NCBI GenBank assembly: GCA_025058345.1
Contig: JANXEN010000001.1
Location: forward strand, 8,481 to 72,480
Direction: 5' to 3'
DNA from: Sulfolobales archaeon
GTDB lineage: Archaea > Thermoproteota > Thermoprotei_A > Sulfolobales > NBVN01
DNA length: 64,000 nt
The position numbers and the translations under genes were made by a program. Under the pieces are notes generated by a model. That model was not told the origin of the DNA. It saw only the letters and a list, made by a program, of their open reading frames with translations, and searched no databases. Below are positions 10,301-19,143 of the stretch, in pieces (position 1 is the first letter of the stretch; each line of letters opens with the position of its first letter).

Positions 10301-11581
10301 TTACTGCTCACCTAAACTTTGAGGTAATTCCGATAAGTTAAGTTCTCCCTGCCACCTAGTAATTAAGTTTTTAACGGTGACCTTCGACTGAATAAGCTCT
10401 TTTTCACCAATAAGCACTACGTACTTAAATCCTTTCTTACTGGCAAACCCTACTAGGTCGCTTAACTTACCCTTACTGACGTACCTCACAGTAGTTATGT
10501 AACCCGCATCCCTTAAAGTACTTGCGACCCTATCTACGTATGAGTAGTCATTTACTAGAGATATCAACATAACCTTCTCATCACTAATTAAATTATCAGT
10601 AAGTCCCAACCCCTTCAACGCTAGGTAAGTTCTTTCAACACCTAATGCGAATCCTGTAGAAGGGGTTGGAGGCCCCCCATACAACTCAACTAAGTTATCG
10701 TACCTACCACCACCCCCTATACTTATGTTGAGGTTAGGTACGGTAACTTCGAAGATTAGGCCGGTGTAGTAAGCTAGGCCTCTTGCGAAACTCAAGTCTA
10801 TTACGAACTTCCCTACATTTAATGATTTCATAAGGGAGGTGATCTCATATAGCCTCCTAACAATTCCCTCAACCCCACTGGGCAGTCTTAAAGACTTACT
10901 AACTTCGAGAATTTCTTCAGGGACCTCAGTCCTTACATTAGTGATTTCATTAAATAGATTTAGGTCCGCATTACCGTACTTACTTAGAACTTCAACCGCC
11001 TCATTATACATCTTCTTATCCATATAGTGTAGTATTAAGTCCTGAACATCCTCACTAACACCCCAAGTAGTAAATAAACCCCTAAGTATCCCAACATCGT
11101 TAACCTTTATTGAATACTCCGTAAGCCCTAGAGATCTGTAGTAATCCCTCAGTATGAGGAATAGTTCTAGGTCTGAATATAGGCTACCATCGCCGATTAA
11201 CTCTACACCCATCTGATAGAATTCCCTGTACCTACCTAGTTGCGGTTCTTCATACCTAAACGCGTTACCAACATAGAAAAGCTTAACTGGTTTAGGCTCA
11301 GCCAACATCGACTTAATATACATCCTCACAACACTTGCAGTAAGTTCAGGTCTTAAACAAACCTCTCGACCACCCTTATCTCGGAATACGTACATTGACT
11401 TACTGATCTCAGGTCCTGACTTAGCTGCAAACAACTCAAACAACTCTATAGTAGGTGGGATGACCTCACTATACCCGTACGCCCTAACCACATCAACAAA
11501 CTTCTTAGTTATGACTCTGAGGAAGTCTGACTCAGGCGGCAGTACGTCGCGAAGCCCTCTAACTGGCTCTACCTTAAACAT
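10301..11581 (-). CDS. hisS: Histidyl-tRNA synthetase
   Basis: 426 aa. N-terminal 'VRGLRDVLP', class II motifs ('FRYEEPQLGRYREFYQ', 'GGGGRYD') and a C-terminal anticodon-binding domain. Confidence 0.9.
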   Translation of the reverse strand: MFKVEPVRGLRDVLPPESDFLRVITKKFVDVVRAYGYSEVIPPTIELFELFAAKSGPEISKSMYVFRDKGGREVCLRPELTASVVRMYIKSMLAEPKPVKLFYVGNAFRYEEPQLGRYREFYQMGVELIGDGSLYSDLELFLILRDYYRSLGLTEYSIKVNDVGILRGLFTTWGVSEDVQDLILHYMDKKMYNEAVEVLSKYGNADLNLFNEITNVRTEVPEEILEVSKSLRLPSGVEGIVRRLYEITSLMKSLNVGKFVIDLSFARGLAYYTGLIFEVTVPNLNISIGGGGRYDNLVELYGGPPTPSTGFALGVERTYLALKGLGLTDNLISDEKVMLISLVNDYSYVDRVASTLRDAGYITTVRYVSKGKLSDLVGFASKKGFKYVVLIGEKELIQSKVTVKNLITRWQGELNLSELPQSLGEQ

Positions 11582-12087
11582 TATACTATCACTTCCTTAA
11601 GGTCGTAAGCCCTAACGCTGAGGAGTTCGTAGTAGGTTACGTCACCATGCGCATCAACTACAGCTATAAGTGGTTCGTACTCCTTAGATATCGCTGAGGA
11701 TAGCCAGTTAACGAGGTCGTTAGGGGTTATAGGTGAGTTCTCCTCAGTTACGTAAACCATGTACTTACCGTCACGTTCGAATATTAAGGAATTGTCTGAA
11801 AATCCTGCCTTAGCCTTCCTACCCCTATCCCGCAAATCGCATAGCACGACGAACTTAATCCAGTCGTTCTGACTTCTGGAGTAATATGTGAAGAGCTCAT
11901 CTAGAGTTAACTCCTTACCATCAACCACTAACTTACCTAAATTCCTGTACATGATGTAAGCAACTTCAGAAACGTCTAATACTACCCCACCAAACGATCT
12001 CACGTAATTACCTAGGTTTAACTCCTTAACCTCATCTAAATTATCCGTAACTACGAACTTACCATCTCTGACGTGTACCTCAAGCAC
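11581..12087 (-). CDS. endA: tRNA-splicing endonuclease subunit, probably the non-catalytic (structural) subunit of a heteromeric enzyme
   Basis: 168 aa with an EndA-like C-terminal half ('LCDLRDRGRKAKAGF...LIAVVDAHGDVTYYEL'). By my by-eye alignment to the M. jannaschii pattern, the catalytic Tyr and His positions are not conserved ('LIFER', 'YMVYV'). Confidence 0.55.
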   Translation of the reverse strand: MLEVHVRDGKFVVTDNLDEVKELNLGNYVRSFGGVVLDVSEVAYIMYRNLGKLVVDGKELTLDELFTYYSRSQNDWIKFVVLCDLRDRGRKAKAGFSDNSLIFERDGKYMVYVTEENSPITPNDLVNWLSSAISKEYEPLIAVVDAHGDVTYYELLSVRAYDLKEVIV

Positions 12088-12133
12088 TCACTCATCACCT
12101 AATCATATCATTAAAGTTATTAAGTTTATAACT

Positions 12134-13210
12134 ATGTGTCCAGACCAATTAAAAGGTAATGAGATGGAAGTCAAGACTATTGAGTGGCTTGACGGTAAGG
12201 TAAGGTGGTTAAACACGTTAATGCTTCCTCATGAGGAAGTCTACGAAGAGACTACACACTTCGAGAGAGTTGCAATCGCTATAGAGCGGTTGGAGATCCG
12301 CGGTGCTCCCGCCATAGGTGTAGCCGCTGCTTTCGGAGTTGCTTTAGCAGCATCCAACTACCGCGGCAGTAACGTAGATGACTTTAAGTCATTCCTACTT
12401 AACGTAGTTTCGAGGTTCAGTAGGACTAGGCCTACAGCGGTAAACCTATTCTGGGCGTTAGATAGGGTTAAGTCATTAATCGTAAATCACGTAGGGAGCG
12501 TTGATGAGCTTAAAGACCGCCTCGTTAAAGAAGCCATCAAGATCTACGAAGAAGATATAGAGGTCAATAAGAGGATAGGGGTTAACGGTCTAAAGTACAT
12601 AGATGACGGTGACGTAATACTTACACACTGTAATGCAGGTGCCTTAGCAACCGCTGGATATGGGACAGCATTAGGTGTCATTAGAGCTGCTTGGCACTCA
12701 GGTAAGAGGATAGAGGTGATAGCCACTGAGACTAGGCCTATTCTGCAGGGGGCGAGGCTAACTGTATGGGAATTACGTAAGGAAGGGATACCTGTGAAGT
12801 TAATAACTGATAACATGGTTGGTTACGTTATGAGTAGAGGGTTAGTGAGTAAGGTAATAGTCGGCGCTGATAGGGTACTACTTTCAGGACATGTAATCAA
12901 TAAGATAGGTACATACACCGTAGCGGTGCTTGCATTCAGGCACTCAATACCTTTCTTAGTAGCTGCACCTAAGTCAACGATAGACTTAAGGACGAAGGTT
13001 GATGAAGTAGTTATTGAGGAAAGAAATCCGGACGAAGTAAGGTACGTATTAGGTAAGACATTAATTACGCTGCCCGATGTCGAGGTAATAAACCCTTCAT
13101 TCGATATAACACCACCAGAGCTGGTATCAGCAGTAATAACTGAGGATATGGTTGTCGAAAGACCTGTAGACATTAACCTACCTAAGGCGTTAAACATGAG
13201 TCTAAGGTGA
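12134..13210 (+). CDS. mtnA: eIF-2B alpha/beta/delta-family isomerase (S-methyl-5-thioribose-1-phosphate isomerase-like)
   Basis: 'IEWLDGKVRWLNTLMLPHEEVY' N-terminus, 'RGAPAIGVAAA' and 'THCNAGALAT'. The start is more likely ATG 12164 ('MEVKTIEW'). Confidence 0.75.
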   Translation: MCPDQLKGNEMEVKTIEWLDGKVRWLNTLMLPHEEVYEETTHFERVAIAIERLEIRGAPAIGVAAAFGVALAASNYRGSNVDDFKSFLLNVVSRFSRTRPTAVNLFWALDRVKSLIVNHVGSVDELKDRLVKEAIKIYEEDIEVNKRIGVNGLKYIDDGDVILTHCNAGALATAGYGTALGVIRAAWHSGKRIEVIATETRPILQGARLTVWELRKEGIPVKLITDNMVGYVMSRGLVSKVIVGADRVLLSGHVINKIGTYTVAVLAFRHSIPFLVAAPKSTIDLRTKVDEVVIEERNPDEVRYVLGKTLITLPDVEVINPSFDITPPELVSAVITEDMVVERPVDINLPKALNMSLR

Positions 13211-14010
13211 ACGCTCTGAACGGCCTGATAATTGCTGTAGTCAGCGGAGGTATTGACAGCGTATCTTACTTAGCTCAGTGGCTGTCTAAAGGTTATTCAG
13301 CACACCTAATTACCTATGACTACGGTCAGAAGGGAAGTAAGGAGGTTGAGGTGACTAAGCACTTAGTTAGTGAGATAAATAATTTACCGCTTAAGGGTAA
13401 GATCGTCGAGTTTAAAGTCATAGACCTATCTTTTATGAAGTACTTATGGAGAGGTACACAGCTAACGGACGACTCCGTAAGAATTGAGTCTAGGTACGAA
13501 CCGACAGTGGTTGTCCCTATAAGGAACGTCGTTCTACTATCAATAGCTACCGCATACGCTTACTCAGTCAACGCTGAATACGTAATTTACGGAGCTCACT
13601 ACGGCGATGTTCTACCGAGGGACGATACTGGGGAGCCTAAATACCCTGACTGCTCTCCAGAATGTATTGAATCACTGCAGACAGCGTTTAGGATATGCCA
13701 CTTCAGGAACTTAAGGAAGGTTGAGATATGGAGCCCTAGCCGCGAGGGTTTAAGTAAATCTGAAAACTTAAGGAAGGGATATGAAGTTTTAGGAGATTTA
13801 ATATACCACACATGGAGTTGCTACCTAAGCGGTAGACATCACTGCGGCATGTGTGAAAGCTGCATCAACAGGCATGAAGCATTCCTAAAGGCTGGGCTTC
13901 CCGACTGCACGGTTTATGAGGTATACCCCCAACTCACGCGAGAGGATGAATACATTAAAGTAGGCGATGGCTACGTAAGTAAGGCCTGCCTAAACATACA
14001 GAGGCCGTAG
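13207..14010 (+). CDS. queC: 7-cyano-7-deazaguanine synthase (archaeosine pathway)
   Basis: PP-loop 'VVSGGIDS' and a C-terminal Zn cysteine cluster 'C....HHCGMCESCINR'. GTG start overlapping the upstream stop. Confidence 0.8.
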   Translation: MNALNGLIIAVVSGGIDSVSYLAQWLSKGYSAHLITYDYGQKGSKEVEVTKHLVSEINNLPLKGKIVEFKVIDLSFMKYLWRGTQLTDDSVRIESRYEPTVVVPIRNVVLLSIATAYAYSVNAEYVIYGAHYGDVLPRDDTGEPKYPDCSPECIESLQTAFRICHFRNLRKVEIWSPSREGLSKSENLRKGYEVLGDLIYHTWSCYLSGRHHCGMCESCINRHEAFLKAGLPDCTVYEVYPQLTREDEYIKVGDGYVSKACLNIQRP

Positions 14011-14067
14011 CTACTGAATACCCACCCACTTATTAAACCCTCAACCCTCAGTATTGTGGGGTAAGCC

Positions 14068-14691
14068 ATGGCAGAGGTAAGTAGATATATAAGAGCTATA
14101 GATGAAGTCCTTAAATCTAAGGATGAGGTAAGGGAGCATTTAATTCGGGCTGTGAGGGATATCATACGTGACTCCAGCCTAGCAATAACTTACATACACC
14201 TGAATAAGGTTAGCGATGCTGAAGAACTTTTACGTAAGCTTAAGCATATGATTAATGAATTAGACAGTAGGTTAAATCCGCATCCAGAATTAAAGTACTC
14301 TAACCTATACCTAAGTGCTTTAACGGAGTACGTAGAGGCCTCTCAATTCTTTAGCCTAGTTAAATACGGGAGGCTTAGATCTCCTGAGGAGATGGAAATA
14401 CATTACATCCCCTACCTACAGGGTATGTTAGACTTAGTTGGTGAGCTTAAGAGGTATTCCTTAGAGCTCGTTAAGTCCGGTACTATTGAAGACGCCTGGA
14501 AGTACCTCAACATAGCTAACGAAATCTACGAATCAGTTAAGGCGTTAGACTACCCGGAAGCCCTAATACCGGGCATTAGACATAAGGTAGACGTATCGAG
14601 GAAGGTGCTTGAGGACCTGCGGGAGTTCCTTATCGATGTTGAACTACGTATAAAGCTCATAAACACGATCAGTAAGTCACTTAACCCTTAA
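14068..14691 (+). CDS. Translin-family protein
   Basis: 207-aa all-helical protein. Its pattern ('REHLIRAVRDIIRDSSLAITYIH', 'YLSALTEYVEA') matches my memory of archaeal translin-like proteins. Confidence 0.55.
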   Translation: MAEVSRYIRAIDEVLKSKDEVREHLIRAVRDIIRDSSLAITYIHLNKVSDAEELLRKLKHMINELDSRLNPHPELKYSNLYLSALTEYVEASQFFSLVKYGRLRSPEEMEIHYIPYLQGMLDLVGELKRYSLELVKSGTIEDAWKYLNIANEIYESVKALDYPEALIPGIRHKVDVSRKVLEDLREFLIDVELRIKLINTISKSLNP

Positions 14692-14725
14692 GACCTCAAG
14701 TAAAGCCTTTACCGAAGGACTTAAG

Positions 14726-14812
14726 TCCCGCCGGGGGGATTCGAACCCCCGACCACCCGGTAACCGCGCCCCCACACTACAGCCGGGCGCTCTACCGCTG
14801 AGCTACGGCGGG
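14726..14812 (-). tRNA. tRNA-Tyr (GUA) with a 15-nt canonical intron (14762-14776)
   Basis: Hand-folded cloverleaf: CCCGCCG/CGGCGGG acceptor (C1-G72, the archaeal Tyr identity pair), GCUC/GAGC D-stem, CCCGG/CCGGG anticodon stem, loop CU-GUA-G|intron|A, and GGGGG-UUCGAAU-CCCCC T-arm. The intron forms a clean bulge-helix-bulge. No encoded CCA. Confidence 0.9.
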
Positions 14813-14963
14813 TAATAAAACCCCTAGAATACTCTGCCCTGAAACTTATAAATTTTCTATTGAGTTAGGTCACTACCCGATCGTCTAGTTAAGCACTGTA
14901 AGCACAGACTACTATTCAGCTATTAGGGGTAACCTACTTAAATACTCACCTAAATAAGATATT

Positions 14964-15518
14964 TTGAGGGGTATTACCATCTTTAAGAGGAGGTCTGACA
15001 GCAAATACGATCTGGTTAAGTTGCTGCACTTCCTTAAATTAGGTTACGGTAGGGTGAACTTCCTACTCGCTAAGGTGACTTCCAAGACCGAGGTCATGAA
15101 CGCTAAGTTAAGCCGATATGAAGGTACTGATGGGGGGAAGGCATTAATTAAGGAGTTAGAGAGCCTTCAACTCCTAGCTCGTTCACTAGCTAGGATGTCA
15201 GCAATCCTTGAAGTCCTCATAACTAGGGTTGAAACCGTAGCACTTCTAGGCCCTACCGTCAGGGACTTAGCGCTCATTAAAAACGTTGTTCAGGAGTTGA
15301 AGAAATACTCATTCAACATCCCTGAACTCTCAATAATTATCGAAGACATCGATGATAAGGTTAATGACTTAATGCATGAGTCTAGAGGGAGCTTCAACGA
15401 ATCAAACGTAAACGTAGTGATTACTGAGGATGTTAGGAAGGTGATCAATGAGGCTGAATTAATTGCTGAGTCAAAAATGAGGGAATTAGAGAAACGTTCG
15501 AATCCGATTAAAGCTTAA
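14964..15518 (+). CDS. Possible ESCRT-III/Snf7-family (CdvB-like) protein
   Basis: 184 aa with a TTG start. Basic N-terminus, long amphipathic helices, and 'RVETVALLGPTVRDLALIKNVVQELKKYSFNIPELSIIIEDIDDKVNDLM', which resembles the alpha3-alpha4 region of Snf7/CdvB proteins as I remember it. No CdvA or Vps4 nearby. Confidence 0.4.
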   Translation: MRGITIFKRRSDSKYDLVKLLHFLKLGYGRVNFLLAKVTSKTEVMNAKLSRYEGTDGGKALIKELESLQLLARSLARMSAILEVLITRVETVALLGPTVRDLALIKNVVQELKKYSFNIPELSIIIEDIDDKVNDLMHESRGSFNESNVNVVITEDVRKVINEAELIAESKMRELEKRSNPIKA

Positions 15519-16179
15519 GTATATACTTCCCACTAACCTCCTCTAAAACTCCTGCCGAAACCAACGCCTCCACAGCATCTCTGAAGTAATCTAACCCTAC
15601 GTCAATCCCGTAATGTTCCCTAAACTTAGACACTATATCATCAAATGACCATTCCCTCTTACTGACGCCTTCCTCCTTCAATATTCTCTTAATGAATTGG
15701 CAGGTGTCTTCAAGCCTTGTCCATGGGTACTGGAACCAGTACCACTCCCTAACCTCTATTAAGTAGTAGTCAGGCCTTAACTTAGCTACCGGGGATATCC
15801 ACTGAAGTGCGGCGATCTTTACATCCTTAGGCCTCCACTCACTAATGATGAAGTTCTTAGCAAGCATTAAGGACTCACCGGTGTCGACTATATCATCAAC
15901 TAATAGTACGTTCATACCGCTTAAGTCAACGCTATATCTAAATTTAATGAGAGCTCTCTCCGCAACCTTAGCAGCCTCAGTCCAGTGCTGACTCTGAATT
16001 GACAGCAGGTTATCGACCCCTAAGAAATCGCATAATAACCTTGCAGGTACGTAACCACCCCTAGCGATAGCTACTACCACATCAGGTTTATAGCCAGATG
16101 ACTTAATGATCTTAGAGAGCTCCCTAGACCAACTAACTATATCTTCCCACGTAACTAGTTTTACAGGAATTTTTGCCAA
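15508..16179 (-). CDS. Purine phosphoribosyltransferase with C-terminal extension
   Basis: PRPP-binding motif 'VLLVDDIVDTGESL'. About 70 extra C-terminal residues. Confidence 0.8.
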   Translation of the reverse strand: MAKIPVKLVTWEDIVSWSRELSKIIKSSGYKPDVVVAIARGGYVPARLLCDFLGVDNLLSIQSQHWTEAAKVAERALIKFRYSVDLSGMNVLLVDDIVDTGESLMLAKNFIISEWRPKDVKIAALQWISPVAKLRPDYYLIEVREWYWFQYPWTRLEDTCQFIKRILKEEGVSKREWSFDDIVSKFREHYGIDVGLDYFRDAVEALVSAGVLEEVSGKYILKL

Positions 16180-16253
16180 ATTAATCCCTTACTACTCAAA
16201 TATTGGGGGCACATAAGCTTTACTGTTTAACCTCATGCAGGGGTTTAAAATTG

Positions 16254-17072
16254 CTAGGGCGACACTACTCCACCCATACCTGTAAAGCCTGCCTTTAACT
16301 CATTAACTACGCTGTTAACGACTCCTTCAGCCTCCTCCTTCAGCTTACTGGAAACACATACATACACCGATAATATAGGCTTCCCCAACTCAGTACCTTT
16401 AGGTTGGGTCTTGACGTATACGTTGAGGTACTTCTTAAGCAACTTATTAACTACCTCCGCTGCTGAAGACTCTGGAAGGTTCTTAACTTCAAACTCACGC
16501 TCAGCTATGAAGACCTTCGGACCTCTAACCCTAAGCAGCGGCACAACATAATCCTCAAACATAGATTCCATCTCACTAGGAACTCCAGGAAGTGAGATTA
16601 TCACCGAATCACCGAACTCAGCATGTATCCCCGGCGCCGTACCAACTTTATTTGGTATGGGTTTAGCTCCTTTAGGCAGCATAGCCATCTTAACCCTTTC
16701 CTGAGTCAAGGGTAGGCCACGTGCTATGTACTTCTTCTTAACCATCTCGAAAGCCTCAGGATTTAACTCAAGCTGAAGGTCCAGCGCCTTAGCTAAGGCC
16801 TCTGAAGTCCTATCATCGTATGTAGGTCCTAAACCCCCAGTCGTTATGATTAACTTAGAGCCAGGTAAGACGTATCTAATAAACCTTGAGACTAATTCAA
16901 CATCATCAACTAAGGATATATTCCCAAGAACTTCATATCCAAGAAGAGCTAACCTCCTACCTAGAAATGCTGAGTTAGTGTTGACTACCCTACCGTGAAC
17001 TACTTCATTACCGATAGTGAATACCCAAGCAACGTAGCTATCGCTGACCAATACCCAACACCTTAATAACAT
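16254..17072 (-). CDS. CinA-N/MoCF-binding domain protein (molybdopterin-binding / competence-damage CinA-like)
   Basis: 'TIGNEVVHGRVVNTNSAFLGRRL' and 'ITTGGLGPTYDDRT'. The likely true start is in-frame TTG 17051, which still overlaps the upstream gene. Confidence 0.7.
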   Translation of the reverse strand: MLLRCWVLVSDSYVAWVFTIGNEVVHGRVVNTNSAFLGRRLALLGYEVLGNISLVDDVELVSRFIRYVLPGSKLIITTGGLGPTYDDRTSEALAKALDLQLELNPEAFEMVKKKYIARGLPLTQERVKMAMLPKGAKPIPNKVGTAPGIHAEFGDSVIISLPGVPSEMESMFEDYVVPLLRVRGPKVFIAEREFEVKNLPESSAAEVVNKLLKKYLNVYVKTQPKGTELGKPILSVYVCVSSKLKEEAEGVVNSVVNELKAGFTGMGGVVSP

Positions 17073-17625
17073 GTACCAACCTCTGTATTATAGTTAACGT
17101 ATTCAGCATAACCATCACCGCCAGCAGGCACTCACCGACTAAAACACCTACGGTGAGGGTAACTAACCCGATAAGTATTGTCATTAAAACCCTCTCCCCC
17201 CTCTCAAAAAGACCTATACCCTCAAGTCTAACACCTAATGACTCTGCCCTACACCTAATATAACTCACCAGAAAAGACGTCGGGATCGCTGCCAATATTA
17301 AGTAGGTGTTAATGCCTAAGAAGTTAAAGGCAATTAAGTAAGAGGCGTCGGAAACCCTATCGCAGAACGAATCCATGAATGCCCCTAAAGCACTTGCCTT
17401 CGAGGTAGCCCGCGCTACAGCCCCATCCATCCAATCAAGCACTGCAGAAACGACCATAAGTGTAGGTATTAGCCAGTAAAGCCTAAAAGCCCCTGAAGGA
17501 ATCGTAGCTAGGGCTGCAGCTAAGCCTAAAGCAGTAAGTAAGTCAGGACTGACGCCTAACCTACCTAACGCCTTACCTACCCACAAACTCAGAGGGCTTA
17601 ACACCTCTCTAAACCTACTTAACAT
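17038..17625 (-). CDS. CDP-alcohol phosphatidyltransferase (archaeal polar-lipid headgroup synthase)
   Basis: Signature D(x2)DG(x2)AR(x8)G(x3)D(x3)D is present as 'DWMDGAVARATSKASALGAFMDSFCDRVSD'. Multi-TM protein. Confidence 0.8.
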   Translation of the reverse strand: MLSRFREVLSPLSLWVGKALGRLGVSPDLLTALGLAAALATIPSGAFRLYWLIPTLMVVSAVLDWMDGAVARATSKASALGAFMDSFCDRVSDASYLIAFNFLGINTYLILAAIPTSFLVSYIRCRAESLGVRLEGIGLFERGERVLMTILIGLVTLTVGVLVGECLLAVMVMLNTLTIIQRLVHVIKVLGIGQR

Positions 17626-17705
17626 CGCCTAAACCAATAATACTCAGCAAAGGGTGTTAAAACCCTAACAAATAGTTAACTATATTACGGCTCAGTAGTA
17701 GTTTA

Positions 17706-17764
17706 AGGTGAATGAGGAGGAATCCGGGAACTGATAAGTGATGTGGTTATGCTGGCTGACTCAA
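17706..17764 (+). ncRNA. Candidate box C/D sRNA
   Basis: In the intergenic region: C 'AUGAGGA' (17712-18, 6/7), 12-nt spacer, D' 'CUGA' (17731-34), 3-nt linker, C' 'GUGAUGU' (17738-44, 6/7), 11-nt spacer, D 'CUGA' (17756-59). A TATA-like 'TTAACTATATTA' lies about 30 nt upstream. Confidence 0.45.
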
Positions 17765-17801
17765 ATAGATATTAAAACTCCTCACTACCAATCTAATTGG
17801 T

Positions 17802-18128
17802 GTGCCGATGAGTAAAATCAAGAAGTTAATACTGGTAACTGCGGAGTACCACCCACTCCATAAGTACTTCACCACACTAGCTGAGAGGGTTGCTAAGGAA
17901 TTCGGTGTGGAGACCGAAGTTAAGTATGAGGACTACATATTCCTAATCGAGCATGGAGATACTGATGAGTTAGGTATGGCTTGGATACCGCAGCTCCTAG
18001 CTGAATTAAGCGATGGGAATGTAGTCCTACTTCTCTCTAAAGCACCTTTCGACGCTGACTTAAAGCCCGACCTAGAGAAAGGCTATGAAGAAATAATGAA
18101 TAGGATAAGAACTTCTCCTAGTGGTTGA
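17802..18128 (+). CDS. Hypothetical protein (possibly thioredoxin-like fold without CxxC)
   Basis: 108-aa ORF with plausible composition. First gene of three overlapping + strand genes. The start may be ATG 17808. Confidence 0.5.
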   Translation: MPMSKIKKLILVTAEYHPLHKYFTTLAERVAKEFGVETEVKYEDYIFLIEHGDTDELGMAWIPQLLAELSDGNVVLLLSKAPFDADLKPDLEKGYEEIMNRIRTSPSG

Positions 18129-18621
18129 GACTACGGACTACACCCAATACAGTAGGAAGGTTTTAGTCCCGTACGTACCGACCCCTGAAGTAGTTATTGA
18201 TAGGATGCTTCAGCTAGCTAATGCAGGCTCTGAAGATATTGTCTACGACCTCGGCTGCGGTGATGGGAGGATAGTCTTTCAAGCAGTAACTAAATACGGG
18301 GTTAAGAAGGCTGTAGGTATTGAAATCAGGGATGATTTAGTTAAGGTAGCTCGCTCAAAGATCAGCGAGTTAAACATGGACGGTAAGGCATACATACTTC
18401 ATGGAGATATGTTCGATGTAGATCTCTCTGAGGCAACTATAGTTACTTTATTCCTACTAACAAGCGTAAATAACATGTTGAGGCCTAAACTCGAAAGGGA
18501 GTTAAGGAACGGCTCAAGAGTCGTTTCACATGAGTTCGAAATCCCGGGGTGGGTGCCCTCAAAAGTTGACGTATGTAGCGATGGCTATTTAAAACATAAA
18601 GTGTATCTCTACAGGAGGTGA
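18121..18621 (+). CDS. Crenarchaeal protein-lysine methyltransferase (aKMT-like class I SAM methyltransferase)
   Basis: 166 aa. 'VPYVPTPEVV..M', 'VYDLGCGDGRIV' (SAM motif I), 'ATIVTLFLLTSVNNMLRPKLEREL' and 'RVVSHEFEIPGW...KVYLY' follow the Sulfolobus aKMT sequence closely, as I remember it. Confidence 0.75.
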   Translation: MVETTDYTQYSRKVLVPYVPTPEVVIDRMLQLANAGSEDIVYDLGCGDGRIVFQAVTKYGVKKAVGIEIRDDLVKVARSKISELNMDGKAYILHGDMFDVDLSEATIVTLFLLTSVNNMLRPKLERELRNGSRVVSHEFEIPGWVPSKVDVCSDGYLKHKVYLYRR

Positions 18622-19052
18622 TGCCTACGAACGGTAAGAAAACACTAATACTGAGTGTTGAAGGTGGAAACATAGTAGACTCTAAAGTAGTTGAGGCTGA
18701 ATTAGAGGAAACCATTAAGAAAACATTAATAGAATTACTTCCGAAGTGGTCCCCCAAAACTTCAGATCTAATAGCTATGAAGTACGAGCATGAGGTAACG
18801 CTAAAGCTACCGCTTAGCAGGGAACTATATGAGATCCTCTCTAAATACGGATTAAGCAAGAAGTCATCATCCGAAGCTACCGCAACGCTGCCGGTATACG
18901 TCATCAGCTACGAGAATAGGTGGGTCGGGGAAGACCTAGTGGATGATAAGGTCTACGTCATCACCCCATACATAAATGAGGAAATAAAGAAGGAAGTAGA
19001 GCTACTGGCTGCGGACTTAACTACGCCACCGTCTGAGTCTGAGGAGGAGTGA
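18618..19052 (+). CDS. Hypothetical protein with acidic C-terminus
   Basis: 144-aa ORF whose start overlaps the aKMT stop (GTGATG). Protein-like composition. The antisense ORF 18485..18904 looks like a shadow ORF. Confidence 0.5.
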   Translation: MMPTNGKKTLILSVEGGNIVDSKVVEAELEETIKKTLIELLPKWSPKTSDLIAMKYEHEVTLKLPLSRELYEILSKYGLSKKSSSEATATLPVYVISYENRWVGEDLVDDKVYVITPYINEEIKKEVELLAADLTTPPSESEEE

Positions 19053-19143
19053 TACCTCTTTCGAGGACCAAACCGTTTTCACGTTAAAATAAATAAAATA
19101 AACTTATAATCTACTAAAACTATATTATTCGGATACTGATACT

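Noticed and set aside
12088-12100. 'GGTGATGAG' on the minus strand that looked like a C box
   Set aside because: It sits directly upstream of the endA GTG start and fits a Shine-Dalgarno element (GGTGAT). No D or D' box occurs at the right spacing.
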